Notes under the pieces: generated by a model | What the model was told of the DNA's origin: nothing | Databases searched by the model: none | What the model saw: only the letters and a program-made list of their open reading frames with translations | In this document: positions 57,739-64,000 of the stretch, one piece after another | How positions within the stretch are numbered: the stretch's first letter is position 1 | How the letters are laid out: the number at the start of each line of letters is the position of its first letter | Made by a program: the position numbers and the translations under genes | Origin: Minisyncoccota bacterium | GTDB taxonomy: Bacteria; Patescibacteriota; Minisyncoccia; Phycocordibacterales; Phycocordibacteraceae | Direction: 5' to 3' | NCBI GenBank assembly: GCA_041664265.1 | Contig: JBAYLD010000001.1 | Location: 134,358-198,357 of the forward strand | Length of the DNA stretch: 64,000 nucleotides

Positions 57739-59925
57739 ATGAACATGGAAGACACTCTCGAGAAGCACTTCACGCGGCTTAAGCCGGAGCAGAAGCGGGC
57801 GCTGCATAAGCTAAAAGTTCGCACGATACGCGACCTGCTCTATCACTTCCCCGCTCGCTATGAATCAGCCGGCCAGACAGTGACTATTGCCGGTATTTCA
57901 GCGGGTGCCGAGGTGACGCTTTACGGCACCATCAGGAAGCCCGATGTGCGGAAGACGTGGAAGAGCCGCCGCCCGATCGCCGAGGCGTGGCTCGAGGACG
58001 CTTCGGGCAAGATCAAGATGATGTGGTTCTCTCAGCCCTACATCGCCAAGACGCTCCATGACGGTATGGTGGTGAAGGTGAGCGGGAAGGTAGCGGGAGA
58101 AGGCACCAAGATCTATTTGGCAAATCCAGCGATTGATAAGTCACCTATCGCGCCTGATGCGGCAATTGACTCGCTCTTCACGAGCCGAGGAGACACCTCG
58201 CAGCGAGGAGTCACCTCAGCTCTGTATCCGATTTATCCCGAGAGCCAAGGTGTCTCCTCGCTCTGGTTCTTGCACGCGGTGAAGAAAATATTTGAGACGG
58301 GAGTGCACGAAGGCATTGAGGACCCAATCCCGCCTGAGATCCTTGCACGCTACAATTTGCCATCGCTCTCTGCCGCACTCGTGTTTATACACGCACCGAA
58401 GAAGCTTTCTGATGCCGCGGCGGCGCGCAAGCGCTTCGCCTTTGAAGAAATCTTCGCGCTTCAAATACGAATGCAACAAAATCGGCAATGTCGCAGTGAG
58501 GAGAGAGCCCTGGCAGTAAACGTGGACATAGCGGCGAGACGCCGCGTCAACGACTTCATCGCCTCGTTCCCCTTCCCCGCCACGGCCGCACAGACGCAGG
58601 CGATCGAAGCAATCGTCGCCGACTTCGAGAAATCAAACCCCATGTTGCGACTCCTCGAGGGCGACGTGGGCAGCGGTAAAACTGCCGTCGCCGCCGCGAC
58701 CGCTTATTTGGTGGCGACATCACTACCTCGCGGGCGGATCGCCGGCACACTCCAAGTCGCGTATCTCTGCCCCACCGAGATCCTCGCCAAACAGCACTTC
58801 TCTACCTTCGTCTCATATTTTAAAGACCACCCCATCCCAATCGGCCTTATCACCGGGAGCGAATGCCGCAAGTTCCCTTCTCGCGTGCGGTATGAAGAAT
58901 CCGCCAAGCTCTCGAAGGCGGCGTTTAAGAAGATGGTGGCGAATGGCGAGATCCCGATCGTCATCGGCACGCACGCGCTCATCGAGAAGTCGCTCGCCTT
59001 TAAATATTTTGCCTATGCGATCGTCGACGAACAGCATCGCTTCGGCACGGCGCACCGACAGAAGCTCGTTATGAAAGGTGATGTGGCCCCTCATTTACTC
59101 TCTATGACCGCGACGCCGATCCCGCGCACGCTCGCGCTCGCGCTCTATGGCGACCTTGATCTCACACTCCTCGACGAGATGCCGGTGGGTAGGAAAAAGG
59201 TCATTACCGAGGTACTGGGCTCAAAAGAGCGCGAACGCGCCTACGAGCGCGTTCGCGCCGAACTCGCCCTCGGCCACCAGGCGTATGTGATCTGCCCCCG
59301 AATAGACGAGCCTGACCCGGCCAAAGAGCTCGCGCTCCAAACCAAATCGGTAAAGGCCGAAGCGGCACGGCTCCAAAAAGAGGTCTTCCCTGAAGCAGTT
59401 ATAGACATCCTACACAGCAAGATGACGCCAAAAGAGAAGGAGGACGTGATGAAAGAATTTGAGAATGGAAAAATAAATATCCTCGTTGCAACGTCTGTAG
59501 TAGAAGTGGGTGTGAACGTCGCGAACGCGACCGTGATCCTTATTGAGGGCGCCGAACGATTCGGGCTCGCCCAGCTGCATCAGCTCCGCGGGCGAGTGAT
59601 CCGCTCGATCCATCAGTCCTACTGCTTCGCCCTGCCCGAGTCGAGCGGCGAGACCACGCGCGAGCGAATGAAAGCGTTTATGCAGGCGAAAAACGGCTTC
59701 GAGCTCGCCGAATATGACCTCGCGCTCCGTGGTGCGGGCGAGCTCGCGGGCGGCAAGCAGTGGGGTGTCTCTGACATCGCGATGGAGGCGTTAAAGAATA
59801 TTAAATTGGTCGAAGCCGCTCGCACCGAGGCGGCGACCCTCGTCGCCGCCGATCCCGACCTTAAAAACCACCCCGCCCTCTCCGCTCGCGCCGCCACGGC
59901 GGATAAAGAGATGCATTTAGAGTAA
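57739..59925 (+). CDS. recG: ATP-dependent DNA helicase RecG
   Basis: EGDVGSGKT, DEQHRFG, MTATPIPRT, GLAQLHQLRGRV. Confidence 0.95.
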   Translation: MNMEDTLEKHFTRLKPEQKRALHKLKVRTIRDLLYHFPARYESAGQTVTIAGISAGAEVTLYGTIRKPDVRKTWKSRRPIAEAWLEDASGKIKMMWFSQPYIAKTLHDGMVVKVSGKVAGEGTKIYLANPAIDKSPIAPDAAIDSLFTSRGDTSQRGVTSALYPIYPESQGVSSLWFLHAVKKIFETGVHEGIEDPIPPEILARYNLPSLSAALVFIHAPKKLSDAAAARKRFAFEEIFALQIRMQQNRQCRSEERALAVNVDIAARRRVNDFIASFPFPATAAQTQAIEAIVADFEKSNPMLRLLEGDVGSGKTAVAAATAYLVATSLPRGRIAGTLQVAYLCPTEILAKQHFSTFVSYFKDHPIPIGLITGSECRKFPSRVRYEESAKLSKAAFKKMVANGEIPIVIGTHALIEKSLAFKYFAYAIVDEQHRFGTAHRQKLVMKGDVAPHLLSMTATPIPRTLALALYGDLDLTLLDEMPVGRKKVITEVLGSKERERAYERVRAELALGHQAYVICPRIDEPDPAKELALQTKSVKAEAARLQKEVFPEAVIDILHSKMTPKEKEDVMKEFENGKINILVATSVVEVGVNVANATVILIEGAERFGLAQLHQLRGRVIRSIHQSYCFALPESSGETTRERMKAFMQAKNGFELAEYDLALRGAGELAGGKQWGVSDIAMEALKNIKLVEAARTEAATLVAADPDLKNHPALSARAATADKEMHLE

Positions 59926-60513
59926 TGGTGTAGAATTAAAGAAAGTCTTATGAAAAACTATCCGAAAATAAATATAGGCATTGGTGGCGTTATCCTTCGC
60001 GGCAAGTCAAAAATCCTTCTGACTAAACGGAAAACTGACCCGTCGGTTTGGACAATTCCAAGCGGCTATATGGAGAAAGATGAAAATATATTTGAAACAA
60101 TCATAAGAGAGGCGAAGGAGGAAACAAATATTGTCATAAAACCACGAGGTGTTGTTGGAGTACGGCAGCGAATTACCGAAAAAGAAGGAAATAACTTTTG
60201 GATACTTACAATCGCTGATTACAAATCTGGGAAAGTCACGCCGGACAATTCTGAAATTTTAGAAACGCAATTCATACCATTATCAAAGGCTTTACAAGAA
60301 AAAATAACACCTGTGACCAAATACATACTAAAAATGCTATTAAAAAATAAACTGCAGATTCTTCTGCCGCAAAAAAGTCTTGATCAGAAACAGTATAGGC
60401 TTTTTTCTTAGAGTTAAGCTCTCATAAATATGAAAAGCAGAAGCAGGAGAAGTTTACCACATTCACCCCGCCCTCTCCGCTCGCGCCGCCACGGCGGATA
60501 AAGAGATGCATTT
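59869..60513 (+). repeat. 50-bp direct repeat of the recG 3' end flanking a NUDIX gene
   Basis: Identical sequence at 59869-59918 and 60464-60513. Confidence 0.9.
59950..60411 (+). CDS. NUDIX hydrolase
   Basis: Nudix box GYMEKDENIFETIIREAKEETNI; visibly AT-rich compared with its neighbours. Confidence 0.88.
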   Translation: MKNYPKINIGIGGVILRGKSKILLTKRKTDPSVWTIPSGYMEKDENIFETIIREAKEETNIVIKPRGVVGVRQRITEKEGNNFWILTIADYKSGKVTPDNSEILETQFIPLSKALQEKITPVTKYILKMLLKNKLQILLPQKSLDQKQYRLFS

Positions 60514-60545
60514 GGAATAAATATGGACTTACGATGTCCATAACT

Positions 60546-60620
60546 TGGTACGCCCAGAGGGACTCGAACCCCCAACCAATCGCGTATAAGGCGACTGCTC
60601 TACCATTGAGCTATGGGCGT
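60546..60620 (-). tRNA. tRNA with a TAT anticodon, probably tRNA-Ile(UAU)
   Basis: acgccca/tgggcgt acceptor plus acca; gtcgc-ctTATac-gcgat. Confidence 0.85.
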
Positions 60621-60633
60621 GTGCAGCACGTGC

Positions 60634-62559
60634 TTATACTACCGCAATTTGGTCTTCTTCGCGCTTTTTGGGGATGATGCCGTGGGCGATGAGGATCTTC
60701 TCGAAGCCAGCGCGCTCGACGGTCTCCTTCTCGATGAGCTCTTTGGCGATGGCGTCGAGCGCGTCGCGATGCTCACTGATAACCTTCTTCGCGCGCGCCT
60801 TCGCCTCCTCAATAATGCGCGCAACCTCTGAATCGATCTCGGCAGCGACATGGTCAGAGTACGGCTCGTTCCCGAGTTGACGATCGCCAAACGCGATCGG
60901 CCCCAACTTCTCGCTCATGCCATAGCGGATCACCATATCGCGCGCGATCGCTGTGATGACCATAAGATCATTAGAAGGACCGGTCGTGACATCGTTGAAG
61001 AGCATCTCCTCCGCGACATAGCCACCCAAGGTCGCCGCAATATCATCAAGAAACTGCTTCTTTGAGAACAATTTTTTGTCTTCAAAGGGGAGTTTGAGCG
61101 TATAGCCAGCCGCGCGCCCGCGGCTGATGATGGAGATCTTGTGCACCGGATCGGCATGCTCGAGTATCGAGGAGACAAGCGCGTGGCCGGCTTCATGATA
61201 CGCCGTGAGCTCCTTCTCCTTCTTTGAGAGCAAGTGGCTCTTGCGTTCGGGCCCGAGCATCACCTTCTCGATGGAGCGGATCAGGTCATATTGGGTTATT
61301 TCTGTCCGACTCTCGCGCGCAGCGAGAATCGCACCCTCGTTCATGAGGCTGTAGAGCTCGGCGCCTGAGAAGCCGGGCGTTCGCTCGGCGACAACAGCGA
61401 GGCTCACATCAGGACCCAAGGGCTTCTTGCGCGCGTGGATCTGCAATATTTCTTCGCGATCGCGCCGGTCGGGTAAGTCGATAGTCACGCGCCGGTCGAA
61501 GCGCCCCGGCCGCAAGAGCGCGGAGTCAAGCACATCGGGCCGGTTCGTCGCCGCCATGACCACAACCTTTTCGTGGGGTTCAAAGCCGTCCATCTCGACA
61601 AGAATCTGGTTGAGCGTCTGTTCGCGCTCGTCGTTGCCGCCGCCCATCCCCGAGCCGCGCACGCGACCAACCGCATCGATCTCATCGATAAAGATGATCG
61701 CGGGCGCGGCCTTCTTCGCCATTTGGAAGAGGTCGCGCACGCGCGAAGCACCGACCCCGACGAACATCTCGACGAACTCGGAGCCCGAAATAGAAAAAAA
61801 CGGCACTCCAGCCTCGCCCGCGACCGCGCGCGCGAGGAGGGTCTTCCCTGTCCCAGGCGCGCCCATGAGAATGATGCCCTTGGGGATACGCGCGCCGATA
61901 TCGAGAAACTTCTTTGGGTTCTTGAGGAAGTCGACGATCTCAAGCAACTCCTCCTTTGCTTCGCGCGCACCCGCAACATCGGCAAAGGTCACGCGCTGCG
62001 TCACGTCGGCCGGATCGATAACGCGCGCCTTCGACTGCCCGAAGGTGAATGCCTGCATACCCGCGCCCCGTACCTGCCGTGAGAGGAACCAGAAGAGAAA
62101 TGCGACGAACAAGAGCATCAAGACGGTCGGGCCGAGCGTCACGAGCCAGAATTCAAGCCCCGATTGGCCCTGGATCGTGATAGCGACTTTGGCGAGTTCT
62201 GTGGGCGTCACGCCATACGTCGCCAGGGTTTCGGGGAGACCGGCGGAGGGATCCTTGCGCGAGGACTTTACCGATCCATCGACATACGTGAGGTTAAGAG
62301 AATCACCGCTCACGGTAATCGAGCTCACCTTCCCCAAGACGACATCGGCAGCGACAGCCGAGAGCGGGATCTCGTCCGTCGGCTGGACGAAGCTCGCCAC
62401 CAGCGAGTATGCGCTCATCAAGAAAAGGAATATGAGGATCGTCGTTGTGAGATTGCCAAAGAAGGATGGGCCGCCAATAATGCGGCGCCAGCCGCGGCGC
62501 CCCTTCGGGGGCATCGCGGTTTTTCTGATCTTCGGTTTTTTTGCTGGTGCTGGTGCCAT
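60634..62559 (-). CDS. ftsH: ATP-dependent zinc metalloprotease FtsH
   Basis: [28 protein letters not shown]; start refined to MAPAP. Confidence 0.96.
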   Translation of the reverse strand: MAPAPAKKPKIRKTAMPPKGRRGWRRIIGGPSFFGNLTTTILIFLFLMSAYSLVASFVQPTDEIPLSAVAADVVLGKVSSITVSGDSLNLTYVDGSVKSSRKDPSAGLPETLATYGVTPTELAKVAITIQGQSGLEFWLVTLGPTVLMLLFVAFLFWFLSRQVRGAGMQAFTFGQSKARVIDPADVTQRVTFADVAGAREAKEELLEIVDFLKNPKKFLDIGARIPKGIILMGAPGTGKTLLARAVAGEAGVPFFSISGSEFVEMFVGVGASRVRDLFQMAKKAAPAIIFIDEIDAVGRVRGSGMGGGNDEREQTLNQILVEMDGFEPHEKVVVMAATNRPDVLDSALLRPGRFDRRVTIDLPDRRDREEILQIHARKKPLGPDVSLAVVAERTPGFSGAELYSLMNEGAILAARESRTEITQYDLIRSIEKVMLGPERKSHLLSKKEKELTAYHEAGHALVSSILEHADPVHKISIISRGRAAGYTLKLPFEDKKLFSKKQFLDDIAATLGGYVAEEMLFNDVTTGPSNDLMVITAIARDMVIRYGMSEKLGPIAFGDRQLGNEPYSDHVAAEIDSEVARIIEEAKARAKKVISEHRDALDAIAKELIEKETVERAGFEKILIAHGIIPKKREEDQIAVV

Positions 62560-62584
62560 ACAGAGCACTATACCTTGTTTTTTG

Positions 62585-62982
62585 TGGAGGTGTCGAGAGT
62601 CGAACTCGAGTCCGAATCCATCAATGAAAGCGAGTCTACGACGCATAGTCAGCGTTAATTTTAGGGCAGGATGCGAAGAACGCAGACGAAACCATTCCTG
62701 CCCGATCCCTTATTTAGACGCGCCGGGCGGGAGGCCGGGCATCGATCCTACAGAATATTCCGCCCCTGCCTCCGGCTGTAAGAACCCGAGAGGAGAGACG
62801 TCGCTAGGCGAGCGGTTAGGCTGCGTAGGCGAACGCGAAGTCACGCGCACCGAAGTACGGAGACTTCACGCTTGCAAGAGTGTTCTTGGCAAGTTTGGTT
62901 GCTTGTTGGATGTAAGTGTCATACAAGCTTGCACTGCGTCGCACGTCTTTCAAAGTACAGACCGTCAAAGCCGGTCACCCCC
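62585..62982 (-). ncRNA. ssrA: tmRNA
   Basis: 5' GGGGGTG pairs with 3' CACCTCC-A (G3-U), T-arm gttcgact, internal tag ORF ending YAA*; directly downstream of smpB. Confidence 0.9.
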
Positions 62983-63031
62983 TGTCAATTGATACGCACG
63001 AATGCCTACAAACTGACAGTGATTGATCGAA

Positions 63032-63475
63032 TCATCGGGTTTTCAAAACGCGTTCTGCTTCGCGCGCCGCATCACGCTTCTTCAGGTCTTCGCGCTTATC
63101 CGCTTTGCCCTTGCCGCGGACGATCGCGATGCGCGCCTTCACAAACCTGCCTGCAGTATACACTTCAAGTGGGATAATTGTCAAGCCCTTCTTCGCCTCG
63201 GCATCGGCGAGGAGTGCGATTTCTTTTTTGTTGAGCAGGAGGCGCCGCGCCCGCTCGGGGTCATATCCTTTCTGTATATTCGCCGCCTGATAGGGCGGGA
63301 TGGTCATGCCGACGATAAACGCCTCGCCGCCGCGCACCACCACACGCGCGCCATCGAGCGAGCCGAGCTTGTTGCGGAGTGCCTTTACTTCTTGCCCAGA
63401 CAGCTCGATCCCCGCCGCAAAACTCTCAAGCGGCGCGAATTTAAGGGTGGCTTTTTTGTATTCAATCAGGACCAT
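63032..63475 (-). CDS. smpB: SsrA-binding protein
   Basis: AGIELSGQEVKALR, RRLLLNKKEI, KGLTIIPL, GKGKADKR. Confidence 0.93.
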   Translation of the reverse strand: MVLIEYKKATLKFAPLESFAAGIELSGQEVKALRNKLGSLDGARVVVRGGEAFIVGMTIPPYQAANIQKGYDPERARRLLLNKKEIALLADAEAKKGLTIIPLEVYTAGRFVKARIAIVRGKGKADKREDLKKRDAAREAERVLKTR

Positions 63476-63597
63476 ATTTGACAGTATACTCTACGTTGCA
63501 TTTCATTGACATTCTTGTTATTCTCCGTCCGGATAGTCAGCCCAGTGGGGGCTACAAATAACGCACATTTCGTTAGACGGAAGGGGGTGAAAAACCG

Positions 63598-63927
63598 ATG
63601 GATAGTAAAATCAGAATAATTTCCATGCCGCCGGGACAAGCTCCGGAAGAAGTGCGACGGGAGTGGATAGGAGCAGTAATGCCGCTCTTATCCAAACAAA
63701 ATACTCTGGGCTTTGAAAGCGGCGTTTTGGGAGGAGAGCCGGACATCCGAAACATAGGCGGGTATCGGGTTGACCCTGACGAGGCGATTTGTGCTCTCGT
63801 AGAGAAAAACACCAAAGCTTCCAACGCCGCGGCTCAGTGGTGGATCCACTGGCGTGAAAATACGCCATGGGGACAGTGTTGCAACGCTCTTGTCTTCAAC
63901 AAAGAAGTTTGCGAGGTCATTCCTTGA
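63598..63927 (+). CDS. Hypothetical protein
   Basis: SD-like aaggggg; PPGQAPEEVRREWIG; followed by a hairpin terminator at about 63940-63975. Confidence 0.6.
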   Translation: MDSKIRIISMPPGQAPEEVRREWIGAVMPLLSKQNTLGFESGVLGGEPDIRNIGGYRVDPDEAICALVEKNTKASNAAAQWWIHWRENTPWGQCCNALVFNKEVCEVIP

Positions 63928-64000
63928 ACATTGGACGGAGCCGGCACCCTACGGGGATGCCGGCTTCTTCTCTTTTTATCTACGGGATTTGGCGCGGTCG

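Noticed and set aside
1-64000. Additional DGR variable repeats elsewhere in the window
   Set aside because: I saw no other segment resembling the TR by eye. An alignment search of the window and genome is needed to exclude them.

Overview
Bacterial chromosomal window, most consistent with a Patescibacteria/CPR (Parcubacteria-like) genome. This is an inference from compact housekeeping genes mostly lacking Shine-Dalgarno sites, tandem VirB2-like pilins and a degenerate HisRS paralog. The core content is gyrA, rpsA, pth, lepB, rpsU, ybeY, ftsA, ftsZ, trxB, tsaD, valS, lepA, murJ, nrdJ, gdhA, htpX, lemA, recG, ftsH and smpB, with 10 tRNAs, RNase P RNA and tmRNA. The main accessory system is a complete diversity-generating retroelement (DGR) at about 48.6-51.2 kb: reverse transcriptase, Avd-like gene, template repeat 50037-50145, and variable repeat 50437-50545 in the 3' end of a 234-aa target gene. 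Of 16 TR/VR mismatches, 15 fall on TR adenines. Its avd gene is antisense to TR and RT and contains a C9 tract. Other notable items: the edge of a tRNA-integrated element carrying an active/degenerate RuvC-fold pair; two REP-associated tyrosine transposases whose palindrome families also occur in frame inside tsaD and recG, plus other in-frame palindromes in pth and a TrmH gene; a conserved structured element downstream of two different tRNAs; a NUDIX cassette bracketed by a 50-bp duplication of the recG 3' end; a GT2-TMTC-TPR fusion; and a tRNA-Ile with a UAU anticodon. All calls were made by eye from motifs, with no database searches.
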